DNA of 61,934 bases, filler included, from Platydemus manokwari (Eukaryota), in the NCBI GenBank assembly GCA_037951405.1. It is 6 parts of 6 records of this genome, joined end to end, with 100 filler letters (N's around TTAATTAATTAA, not from the genome) between each part and the next. Parts side by side here need not be neighbours in the genome. Positions count along the whole stretch, not along the records: positions 11,628 to 20,559 come from JBBMOY011327317.1; positions 20,660 to 30,895 come from JBBMOY011155326.1; 4 more parts are not named here. One strand, written 5' to 3'. A program made the translations under genes and the position numbers. Shown in pieces: positions 14,531 through 26,962 of the stretch. The notes beneath the pieces were generated by a model. The model ran no database searches. It worked only from the letters and a program-made list of their open reading frames with translations, and was not told where the DNA came from. Each line of letters starts with the position of its first letter. The first letter of the stretch is position 1.

Positions 14531-15346
14531 TGATCCATGATTTTTTATAGATTTCTTCCTGATTGATGGCATAGAAATTCTTCTAACATCCATGGTTTCC
14601 GGCAGTTCCAATTTTGGAATTTGCCATTGATTTTTTTGATTGTTTGGTATAAAAAGTGATAATTTCGTACAATGCTAAATTACGTGGGTAGAAAATTTAG
14701 CAAAGTGTGTGTGTACCTTCTTGAGGATTCATGTATAGGTATTTATACAGTTTTTGTTCTTTGTTCTTTCCTTTTTTATTATTTTTATTACAACTTTCCT
14801 TTATTTTTAAATAACAAAATTAATCTTTAATACTCTTTTTCTTTGTACTTTTGGAACGATTATGAGCTTTGTGTTTTAACTTTATAACCACTATGATTTC
14901 TATACAGAGAATTTTCGTCTTTGTTTTATTTTCTACAGGTTTTCTGTCTTTAGACAACCAAAAAACATGTGAGAAGTATCAATGATTGCTCTTATTTTAA
15001 TTTTTTAATATTAAGACAATTTTTATTAATATTTTTGTAAAAAAATTAATTTTTCATTAAATTTGTTAGAAAAATTTCGAAATTTTTACCTTGTTGTTCT
15101 TTGTTAATTGATTCCTTTCCAAAAAGTATTTATTTTATTGCGTTGCGATAGTTTTTAATGAAGATTAGATTATGAAATAGGGGAAAAGAAACAATTTCTG
15201 AAATTAAATGCAATTCTCATGTATGAATTATATATACCTATTAATATTATATTAAAAAATATTATCAGTATTTTAAAAATAAAATATTTATATTTACATT
15301 TAATCAAAAAGAATAAGAAAAGTGAAAATTAATATACGAAAATCAA

Positions 15347-15492
15347 NNNNNNNNNNNNNNNNNNNNNNNNNNNNNNNNNNNNNNNNNNNNNNNNNNNNNN
15401 NNNNNNNNNNNNNNNNNNNNNNNNNNNNNNNNNNNNNNNNNNNNNNNNNNNNNNNNNNNNNNNNNNNNNNNNNNNNNNNNNNNNNNNNNNNN
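15347..15492. other. Sequencing gap (N run) next to an (ATA)n microsatellite at 15493-15598
   Basis: Direct reading. Confidence 0.95.
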
Positions 15493-15634
15493 TAATAATA
15501 GCAACAATAATAATAGTAATAATAATAATAAAAATAATAATGATAGTAATAATAATAATAGTAATAATAATGATAATAGTAATAATAATTATTATTATCG
15601 GCCCACCTTCGATTATAATATCATTTTGTTTCAG

Positions 15635-17309
15635 TCTATCCCAGAAAAAGTTAAGAGCAATCATGCAAGACAAATTTTGAATTTATTATGTCGAATGCAT
15701 CATTTGGAGATTCAACAAACAGATCTACGAACGGAAAACATGGTATTGCAGCAACAGTCATCTAAACATGATCTCATGCAAACAGTATTATTCAAACACA
15801 ATGAGTTATGCAAGAGAATTATCACAGCACAATCATCGATAATGTCCGATTATGGGATAGAGTTACCAAAAGATTTAGAGATGCTCTATGAAATATACAG
15901 TAGAGACGATATCACTATGACTAGACATTTGAATAAGAATCTTTTGGTTCTCGATAAGGTAGATTATAATGTTGTTTATTGTCTCTTTCATATCTTTATC
16001 TTCGATTTGATCATTATGAATGTTTGTTTGATATTTAAAAAAATTTAATCTAAGATTTATTTATGCATAAAGATGATCTTCACGAGGCGGTGGGATATCT
16101 CTCACCTTGGCCTCAAATTTTTATAATTGAGGTTTTGTATGGCTATTTCCGAAGGTCGTGGTCGCTTATACACACAGATTTCACCATTTTATTTTCAATA
16201 TCTTATCGTTCAATCCTCACATACTTCTAAGTGCTAATCAAACAGTAGATATGAATTATGATGTCAGCAAACGCATTACATAACCTATGATACCCCGAAA
16301 ATAAATAAAAATAATTTTATTGATTAATCATTTTTGTTATATTGTTTCCTTTAATATGGAATGACACCTCTGCAAATTTTGGAATCAAATATTGGACACA
16401 CACTAATTTAAATTGGCTTTAGTTTAACAATTATCTATTTTTCTGTTAATTTCTCTGCTGCTTATAAATTTGAGGTAGAAAGTTACACATTTTCAAGTTC
16501 ATTTTCAAGGCCATTTTAAATCGATGTTATTTCTTTTTGAGTGTATTGAGCAACTCTTTTTCAAAAGGTTTTATGAGAAATGAGCAATTGTTTTGACTAA
16601 AAGATTAGTTCGGATATAAAAGAATTTGAATAATTTGTTTCGATGGCGCGATACTAAAACGTTTATATCGAATTATTAATGTTTTACTCTATTATTATTG
16701 TGAACATTTTAAATTGAATTACAAATTTTAAAGCTTTTATTTTGTATAAAATTTTTTTGTATAAAAACAAATTAATTTTTTTAAATATTTACTTTTAAAT
16801 ATGATTTGATATCGTGACTTGTCAGTTCGTTTTTTACTGTGTGGTTTTTAAAATAGTAGCGGCTAACAATTATGTTTCTCACATCATTTTGGTTAATCAT
16901 ATTGGTATTTATGAAGGATAAATATTAAAAAGAAAGATTAGAAGAGAGAAATAAAATACATATATGGAAGTCTTGTCGGAACATAGAGCTTATAAACTAT
17001 CTTATTAAGAAGAAAGAACAACATACAATGAATTCTTTCAGAACAATTTAACTATTAAAATCTGAGATGTATGTGTATAATTTGAATTATTTATTGTATC
17101 GATTATTTAGGATTTGAACAATTACGAAAATATTCTCCCAGCTGAAATCGATTCATCTAGTGATATACGGTAATGAGTTATTTTATTATTATAATGTTTA
17201 ATGTCTTATTACGACTATTTGAAATATTTCATACCTATATCTATTAATAACTGAGCTGCATGAATAGTTTTGTCATTAAGATGATGATAATAATAATGAT
17301 AGACAATGG

Positions 17310-17354
<45 letters not shown>

Positions 17355-17362
17355 TTAATAAA

Positions 17363-17395
<33 letters not shown>

Positions 17396-19245
17396 TAAAT
17401 ATTTGTATCAGGTAGAATAATTTTATTGCTTTTAGACCAGTGGTTAGACCTATGTAACTCTTTCACATTCCAATCCATTAATAAGATAAGAATCCAATAA
17501 GATTAGCCAATAATTCAGTATTTATAAAGATATGAATGATGAAATCGTATAGCAAATCATATCTACTTGATATCTGCTTGATGATATTTGATTAAACATT
17601 GAGAAGAGTTGATTGAACTATATAACTTCATTGTTTCAAATTATCGTTAAAATATTTTATTATAATTGGTTTTGAAGACAAATATTTCTTTAATATCCTT
17701 TTTCTTTTCTTTTTTTCTTAATAGTTTCACAGTATAATCATTAAAGGACTTGTTTTATAAATCCAGAGTTGTGAAATAATTTTTCAGTTAATATACAAGT
17801 ACATTTTATATTCTACTATTACAGAGATTTTAATTCAAATGTCAGTAATAATGAAGTTCATCAAGAAAGCGAATCAATCACAAGTTTACCGAATATTAAT
17901 CAACCCAATTCAACACCTGAACCTTGGGACAATGGAAGTTTGCGCCGTGAAGCTAAATGGTTAACAATGAACAATTACTTACAAATACATGCAGATAGTA
18001 AGCTATTTATTGGATAATTTTTATATTTGGTGTAAGGATTTTCAAATTCAAGATTTTATAATTAATTTGTTTAAATAATTGTATTCAAATATATAATTTA
18101 TTGTCGTGCCTTTTCGGTTCGCTTTTAAAGCATGCTTTATATCAAATAATAGCGGCTTACATGGCAACCAAGTATTTAGATTCAATCCTGAGAAAATCTA
18201 TAACATTAAATTATAGAAGAGAAGAAGGAAGATAAAGAGAAGATTTAGAAACGACAAAGAAAAAATAGAGAAGATATAATGACTATATAAAAATGATATA
18301 ATAGAAGATATTAAAATATAGAGGAAATAGAAATTTTTATATAGATAAATATCTGGAGGATTCAATACATAAAAAATCAATGAGTTTATAGAAAGGAAAC
18401 TATACGGATTTGAAAATTTAAAAGATTATGTATTAATGTGTTTAAATAATCGTATTTTAAATACATAATTTAGTGTCGTGACAATTCAATTCGTTTGCAA
18501 GGCGTACTCTATATAAAATAATAGCGGCTTACACCGATTATTATTATTTGTTTTCAAGAAAAAAGATCATATTGGATTAATTGAAATATTTCATTCCAAG
18601 AAATTATCATTTAATTTTGAAACGGTGGTTTGATTTCCTGTGACTTTAAAACCATAATATCATCTTACTACTAATATGAATAAATAAGAAATATATAATT
18701 CAGCCAAATCAATGTCTGGTCCGAAAGCTGCTTTCGAAACTATTTCCAATTCCAACAGGAATAATAAAATATCCAAACTCCCTGTGAATCAATTACCATA
18801 TCGATTGTCAAACCGGTCAGTGTTGCCAGATCTCCGCAGTAGAAAACTTGTAAATGAAATCAACAAGAAAAATAATTCTAGATCTCGATCATTCGAACCG
18901 GAATCAGCTCCAATTAAAACCAAAATCAATCGTTCAAATAAAAATAAGATCAATCAACAAGTAAATAAATCCGGGATATTCATTATATTAAATGTATTTA
19001 TTTCTCTTTCATAGAACTCGAATGTCCGTAAGTTAACGATTGGTCCACGATTAGATCAATATAGCAGCAATAACACATTTGATCTAGATCTCAAGGGTAC
19101 AAAATATCTCCAAAAATATGAGGCGTACAAGAGTACACCAATGTTGGTATCACATAAAACAGACAGTAAAAAAAGATTTTTAGACTCACAAAAGAAAACA
19201 ACGGAAAACAAGGAAAGGACAAAACAACAAAATGATAGTAATTAA
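15635..19245 (+). CDS. KIF19: KIF19-like kinesin-8, C-terminal exons only: 15635-15958, 17111-17169, 17825-17997, 18704-18960, 19015-19245
   Basis: IPEKVKSNHARQILNLLCRMHHLEIQQTDL..HNELCKRIITAQSSIMSDYGIELPKDLEMLYEIY matches the KIF19 stalk (LPRRIGSEEQREVLSLLCRVHELEVEN..HRSLCDEIIQGQRQIIDDYNLAVPQRLEELYEVY). Downstream exons join through GT-AG sites with consistent phases (0,2,1,0). The tail exons are poorly conserved and less certain. No motor domain is present in the window. Confidence 0.75.
16790..16870 (+). repeat. Dispersed repeat family A (TRTCGTG...TAGCGGCT) copy
   Basis: Similar to 18090-18170, 18465-18535 and the reverse complement of 51325-51400. Confidence 0.75.
17314..17397. repeat. 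(AAT)n microsatellite
   Basis: Direct reading. Confidence 0.95.
18030..18535 (+). repeat. Dispersed repeat family A, two-motif copy in a KIF19 intron
   Basis: TGTCGTG..TTCG..AATAGCGGCTTAC motif twice, separated by a purine-rich AGAAGATAT tract. Confidence 0.75.
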
Positions 19246-20479
19246 ATAATAATTATTATTATTACTTATTATCATCATTTATAGTGAATTTTATTTTACC
19301 TTTATTAGTATTTAGTCTTCAAACTCGGTTTTTTCTTAATTGATTTAGAAATAGAGCGATTTCAAAAATGTAGAAGATTTTCCATTCAAAATTAAAAAAT
19401 TACAATCAGGAAATTTTCCAAAAACATGCTTATTGAAAAAAGATAAAGTGTAAATTTTATGCAAAAATGTTCTTCTGTTGAAGATCATTTTCAGAAATTA
19501 TTTACTCAGTTGATATGGTTTTCAGCTCCCAATGACAAAAACTAACGCGACATTTCAACAATTGCTCCTAACAATCATTAAAACTCATGAACTGAATGTG
19601 ATAATTACACTTATTTCCAATCTTAAACTTTAAAAGTTCTACAAATATCTATTTAATATAAAATAAATCTAATTAGTGTATTTTATTAATTAAATAAATG
19701 GTTTTACATGTGATTTAATAAATTAAATGAGATTTATTCATCTTTAACAATGATTTTCTCATTAAAAAAAGGCTTTTTATTAGTTTTTATAAAATTTTAA
19801 TAGTTGAGTTTTATTAAAATTTGAACGAATGAATGGGGTTAATGTTAACTGTTATTTTTCAATAAATTGGTATTACAAGTCAGTACAAAACTATATTTTA
19901 TGCCAATACTTAAACAAATTAACAAAAGTTTATCTTTGAACATTCACATTATTTTAAATGGATATTTATCAGAAATTTAAAATCCTCATAGTTACCACCG
20001 AAATTACAGATTTCCACGGAAAGCTTTTTTCAAGTGATATCCTTTGGAACAAATCTGCCGAAGAAGAAAAGAACATAGCATATTGAGAATGAAGCCTTTA
20101 TCTTCCACCTTGTTTCCGTTTTGTATTTTATATTATGAATAAGATTTTATTGGAAAATAAAGAAAATTATAGTATTTATTGCCTAGTATATGTGGGATTG
20201 TTAAAAAATCGCAATTAAATCGAAAAATAATAATAACTATATTTTATTTATCAAATCTTAAGTAGCTATGTTTCAGTTGAATGTTCCCCGTGAAATTCCC
20301 ATTGCAGCAAACCTTTCTTTATATTTGACTTGACCTTTTTTAAGTGAAAGTTTATGCATAAAACAATTGTTGCGTGTTGACCATCTTCTAGTACTCCAAC
20401 TACGAAAGTTTGTTTTTACATTAACACTTCAGCCAATCATTATATTTTACCATATTTTGTATACGTAATTCTTTATATA

Positions 20480-20559
20480 ATTTCTGCTGCTTCTTGTGCC
20501 TCTTCTATCTGTCTATCTAAATACTTTCTTTTATCCCCTCTTACAGATTTCTTAATACT
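20480..20559 (-). mobile_element. RTE-clade LINE fragment
   Basis: IKKSVRGDKRKYLDRQIEEAQEAA resembles the RTE ORF segment between endonuclease and RT; truncated by the linker. Confidence 0.6.
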
Positions 20560-20659
20560 NNNNNNNNNNNNNNNNNNNNNNNNNNNNNNNNNNNNNNNNN
20601 NNNTTAATTAATTAANNNNNNNNNNNNNNNNNNNNNNNNNNNNNNNNNNNNNNNNNNNN
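20560..20659. other. Artificial assembly linker
   Basis: N44-TTAATTAATTAA-N44. Confidence 0.97.
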
Positions 20660-21865
20660 AAGCAATATTATAATATATAATCAGCAATGGCAAAAAGGCA
20701 TTTAGAATAAAATATTTTCAATAAAATTATGTATTGAAATTAAAATATAAACATATAAAAGGGAATCATTTTGGAATAAAAATAATAATGTAACGAATTA
20801 AATATTTAAGTGTGAAGTATAAAATTCGTTTATGAATGGTATAAATAGATGTTCAAAACAACAGAACATGCCCATTTACCGAAACCACTTAGTCTGTTTA
20901 GTTAACTGAAACCATCAATGAAGATTTGTTAAAGCTCATAGTAAAAAACCACTGTTGTAAGATCGCTCGAAAACAGTATATGCCATATAGCCAATAATCG
21001 TTCATGTCATTGTCAGATATCTGTAAGTTCGATTTTGTTTTAAACAACTGATGCGTATTGTAGTAGGTTATCCTTTATCATCTTATTACAGAACTTTGCT
21101 CAAAATAAATTCTGAAGAAGATAAATTGGTTTATTCCTTGAGTTGGAGATATTAACCATCTTTTAATCTAGAAATTGTAAGGAAGTCGTTGCAACCATTT
21201 TTATTTCAGTGAAAATTCATAAAATTACTTAGTTTTACACAGCTTGTTATAATAATACATATTTAGCGCACTCATGTCTGAGTTAATGATAAAAGATTGG
21301 TAAAATATAAATATAGAATATATATATATTGAGACTTATAACAATAATAATAGTTTTTTAGATCGGTGTTGCCAATCATACAATCTCCATATAGTATAGA
21401 TTGCAGGTGAATAAGATAGCAATAAGGTTTTATAGATTCTACCTCGATTAGAACTCATTAGAGACAACGGTGATTCATAATAGTTACTTAACAATTTTAA
21501 GACTGATTAAAACATTAAAAAATTAAGGTTGCAAGCTCGAAACACATCATATATATATATCGATATATCAAGGCTACTGAATTAATAATTAATGCCATGG
21601 ATACTGAATTGTGAATCTGTTTGCGATTTCAGAACTGACATTTACATAGAACATCGATAATATGTGGCAATGTGAAATGACCTCTATAAACAGAAGCATT
21701 ATTTAACAAGGCCAAAGAGAACAATCATAAACATAATACACCATTTTGTGAAAGAATAATGGTAACAAAATCAAGATTCGCAGTGAGTATATACACAACC
21801 ATCATTCCACAAATAACAATTGGAGTACTTCTCAAAATTGATATTTCAGAAATCAATATTGTTGG

Positions 21866-21968
21866 GATACACTCTAGTCCAAATACACACCCTAGTCCGA
21901 ATACATTTTTGTCTAAATACATTTTTGTCCAAATACATTTTTAATCCAGTCCAAAGAATACATTTTTT
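21866..21968. repeat. Short degenerate tandem repeat (~16-18 bp, GTCCAAATACATTTTT)
   Basis: About five imperfect units read directly. Confidence 0.75.
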
Positions 21969-23254
21969 ACAATGAATTCGCGGTGTATGATAAAACCCAT
22001 AGTACATTAAGCTGTATATAATCTTAACCACAGTAGTCCTATCTCACGGTCTTAAATTCTGAATGTACCTTGATTATGGAGGGCGGTCCAAGAGCCGGAG
22101 CGATGAACAAATATCTATCATCTTGACAATTATCTTTTTAATCGTGCTACAAACAATATAAACAATCATTTATCTTTTTGTGTGTTATCATTTTGCGTGC
22201 TAAAAATTACCCTTTGATTTATGTTTCAAAACAATTATCTTTTATTTGTGTTATAAGTATCTTTTACCAAAATAAACATTTAATGCTCATGTTCATAGTA
22301 ATGAATGATTTTTGTATAGATATTTATGTTTAACTTAAATTTATATAATATAGAGTAATTCGGTCATCACACCAGTTACTGAAGCCCCCAGGAACCAGTA
22401 ATATTTAAAATCATCCGCCAATGTAACATTTTGTTTAATAATATAATACATATCAATTATCAATGACAAATATTTGTCATTTAACGAGGATTTGGCATCG
22501 CTTTCAAAGTGGACTGATCATAAAAATATATGACAAATGGGAAAAAAACATCAGAGTAAAGTACTATTATACGAAAATAACCTGTTTTTAATTTTGAAGA
22601 AAAGCGAATATCAGACCTATAAGTGAAGTATCTCAAGATTCGAATCTGCTTTTGATCAAGATGGCAATTTTCTATGAATCATTGGTTATGTACTTAAATT
22701 ATTTAATCAAATTATTTTGCTAGATAAATACATGTTTTAAATTGGTCCTCTGCGCTTCATCGCCTTTTTGACGTCAAGAATTGATTCCGAGAAATAAATG
22801 AAAAAAGACAAAAAAATCAATAGAAAAGTGACAAATTTTATTAATCTTTCTCTATTTTTAATGTTTCGGATACATATTATTGCGTGCAATCCTATTATAA
22901 ACAAGTAATAAATAAAATATTATTTTTTTTCAGATGTTCATTATGACATACCTTAAATGAAAAAAAATAGTTAGTAACCATAACACTGAGATGATCAAAA
23001 TATTAATACTGTTGGAATATTATGATATTCGGTGATGATACTAATTTGAATCAATCAGACAATCTCAATGATTCAAATATTATTTTATTTTAGCCCATCA
23101 AAAGTAAATTAATGGATATCCATCAAATATCTGACTCCTCACAGAATTAAGGTTACAGTTATAAATATGAATAAATAATAACAAATAAGAATTATAAATG
23201 ATATTTTTACTGATAAGTAATTACAATGTATGATCAAGTAAAATTAAAAGGGTA

Positions 23255-23420
23255 AGCTTTATGCCCAGAACTAATGAAAATCGGCGGAGGGTCTAGGTGC
23301 TCCTTACTTTGAATAAAAACTAAGGAAATGATAAATGATTTTAAAGATCTACAAACTCTAACGACTTTGCAAGTGTAATGAATATATATTTCCGCTGATA
23401 GTAAAATCCGATGTTCAGTA
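23255..23420 (+). repeat. Dispersed repeat family B (possibly solo-LTR-like), related copy at ~60290-60440
   Basis: Shared ATGAAAATCGG(G)CGGAGGGTCTA..GCTCC.TACT..AAACTA..GATTTTA..GACTTTG. Confidence 0.65.
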
Positions 23421-26400
23421 ATATGAGTTACTGGGAGCAGTTGATCATAAAGTTTCTCTGAATACTGACGTATGAATATAACGAACACTTTTTTCAGTCT
23501 GAGAAATTCTTGTGAATTTTGTTTATTATGGAATGTACCTATATAGTTGCTTGTGTTTATGTAAGCCTGTTTTGTGCCTGCTTGTATTTATGTGAGTCAC
23601 GCTTTGTGCGTTGGTCTTTTCTGTTGATTTACTGTTGTGGGCCTCGATGAACAAGCCCATCTCTACTTAACTACTCACCAGTGGCCAATACCGCACTCAA
23701 AATTTGTAATATTTTTGTTATATAATTTGTTTTATAATTTTTTATTATGTATTTTTTTTTATTATATTATCTGTATTATATTATATGTATATCCAACAAT
23801 ACTAAATACCAAAATTAGTAAAGAAATAGAAATGAAAAAATCATAATATAAATTATATAAATACTTAGATGAAAAGTCAAAATCGCCCAGTAGAAAACCT
23901 GATAGATAGCTCATTGTCGATATCATCGCTTATCAATTCCGTTAGTAAAATCGCTGAGATTACCAATAAATAATTATTCGATCCTCAGACAAAATTAATT
24001 TTATGGATAAAGCATTTATTCTGCCAATTTCATTTTATCATTTCAAAATCATCGGAAGATGAATTAACTCTAGAAAGTTCAATATTACTTGCTTACAAAA
24101 ATTCAACATTGTTATTACTGACAGTAGTTTGCAAGAAAATTATTATTATTTGTCATAGAATATTCAAAATTATAGAATATACAAAATTCACAAGAATTTC
24201 TAAAATTGTTCGCCTTGAATTAAAGTTTTTATTTCAAATTCGATCATCGATTATTAAGTAATTTTATTGAATTGAAACTTAAAAATTTTAAATTACTACT
24301 CTTTGTCAAATCATACAAATTCTAGCCTGAGTCTCATTCAACTAGAATATAAATAAATTCTAAAATTAATTGCCAAATTGCAAGGTGCCAAGTCTAACCA
24401 CCAGTAAACTATTCCTTGACTAGAGCTCTTTCGGACACAGCCATAAGAGAACACTTTTAAAGAGTATAAATCTATAATCTATTATAATATTTTTATAAAA
24501 CCTATAAGAGACAAACATTTCCAACTAATTACACAAGCAGGTTTATAAACCACTTAATCTATTTATTTTCATGGGACTCGCTCAGTTCTCCATTTAATTA
24601 CTAACCACATGATAACTCACTACTTTACCCTGCTTTAGGATATTTATATAGATTAATATAATCTGTCAATCATGTTATCTACACTGTTAATTTAATTATT
24701 TTTTCCTTCGATTGTAATTTACCTTGGATTATTACTCACCGTAATTTGGGATTCACTGTGAATGCATGTTGTACCACAGCCACTAGATTAATTTTGGTTA
24801 TAAAAATTACCATTCAAATTCTGTACACATGTGTAAATGAGACCTCACTAAATCTCTATTTGTAATATTTCCTAATCAGATATAGGAAAAATAACATTGA
24901 ATACTTAACACTGTCTGAAATTGCATAATTTGTCAAAATTACAGGTGTATGCATGTTGAATGTCAGACTGTAGGTTCAATTTATGAAAGAATAAAAAAAT
25001 AATTATACTTTCAAAAAGGTTACCAGTGGACCTACATTTTTATTTGAAATCTTTCAAAAATATTTCCAGAGTTTTAGGCTCTGACAATTATTAAGACGCA
25101 AGGGATGAATATTTCATATATAAAAACTATTACTGTTTGAGATATGGAAAGATAATCATGAAAAAAATGAAAGATGATGGAGTATACATTCAATAATTAA
25201 CAATCCTTTATTTTCTGGTTAATCTTATGACGAGAATGACTCTAAATCATTTCAAGAAATTGATACTGTTATCTGTAAATCAAAATTATCGATTCCATAT
25301 CTTACATTCTTTAAGTTTCATACAAAATATTCATGAACACAATAATAATTATCTTGTTAAATGATTCTGGATTTGGAAGATAACGATCAGTCCTAAGTTT
25401 ACATATTGGCATAATTTTTATATAAACTCGGGCCTCCTGGTAGCCTCAAGGGCATTTATCATGATATTTATAACTTTATAATGCCTGTATAATAAAATCA
25501 GCGGAGATGTCTTCATGATGCTATGAAACGAAGATCTTTGGATGAAAACAGAATACTATCCTTAGAAAATTAAGCGGTTTTATGTTGAAGAAAAATAGAA
25601 ACATTGTCTTAATGATTTTTAATGAGTGCTTCTTGTTTTCTTAAAGCATAAAAATTCAGAACGAACCAAGAAACATAACATTTAATAGAATTTCTGTACA
25701 GAAAACATTTACTATTTTCAATATGTTTAATAAATTAATTTTATCACTAGATTACTTTAATTTTTTCACAGATTTTGAATGTATACCCTAAGTACCTCTC
25801 ATAGAATATTATATAAAATTTCGACGTACTTTGGACTAATAATTGAATAACAATGGAGTGTTTACATCAATGTTCAAGATAGTCTGCCGATTAGTTTATA
25901 ATAGTTAAGAACTCAATCACTAATAATTAATAGACAATATAATTAATCCAATAAGAATTGCATTCAACCAATCAAGAAAATAATCATAATATCATTGTAT
26001 CAGTTTGAATAAATATAAATTTATTCCATAATATTTCAATATTTATCTAAATGAGAATGATGTATAAATATAAGATTCTATTGTAGACATATCAAGCGGA
26101 AACTCATTTTGACATACACATTTATTCCACCAGGGCAGCCAATAAGTTGAATAAATTGAATTATAATCAACAATCATTATTATTCATGTTGAAACATATC
26201 ATCAAAGAAATCATTGACAAAATCCAATATCAAATTCATGAAAAACAAACATATTTCGGCAAACATACATCATATATGATGTTACACAGCCGAACCAACC
26301 AAATCTATCACCAATGATTGATTTCTTATTATTAAAATGACAGAAATATGTTTGATTATCATTAAACAAATTCAATTTTGTAAGCCAATGCCATATAATT

Positions 26401-26962
26401 AACGATCAGATTTATGTCTCCGATAGAATATGATAAATAAATTTTGGTAATTTCAGCTAAAAACAAATGTTGGCTGATAAATTAAACCAAAATACACTGA
26501 TTACCAATAAGTAATTCTTTCGAAATTTGCTTATCTTTAAAAAATCTCAAATGAAATTGTCAAGCTTCACGAGAAAATCACCAAAATCTCAAATTAATTT
26601 TAATTTTCAATAAATTGTTGTTGTGTAATGGCTAATAATTAATTAAAATAATTTCACAGATAATAATAATCGTCATCAAATTTAATTGAAATATTTTGTG
26701 TTAAAAAATTAATAATAATAATCATAATAATAATCATCATAAAAATAGACACAAATATTAATGTAAAACTCATTAGATTTGAGCAAATTAAAATGAAATC
26801 ACAACTTATAAAAAGATTTTAATTTTATGTTAAATGAATGAATTATGGAACTTTAAATGAATTGCTCCCCTGCACGGTAGAACACAAAGGTGATCTATCA
26901 AACGAAAACAAGCTGAAAAACTCATTCAACAGATTTAAGTTAGTAACGATATAATGGGGAAA

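Noticed and set aside
15329-15673. Poly-Ile ORF; also the X-containing ORFs at 49855-50062
   Set aside because: Products of the (ATA)n repeat and of N gaps.
4882-19245. Ciliary gene cluster MAP10 + KIF19
   Set aside because: The two genes are separated by an artificial linker, so linkage is unproven.
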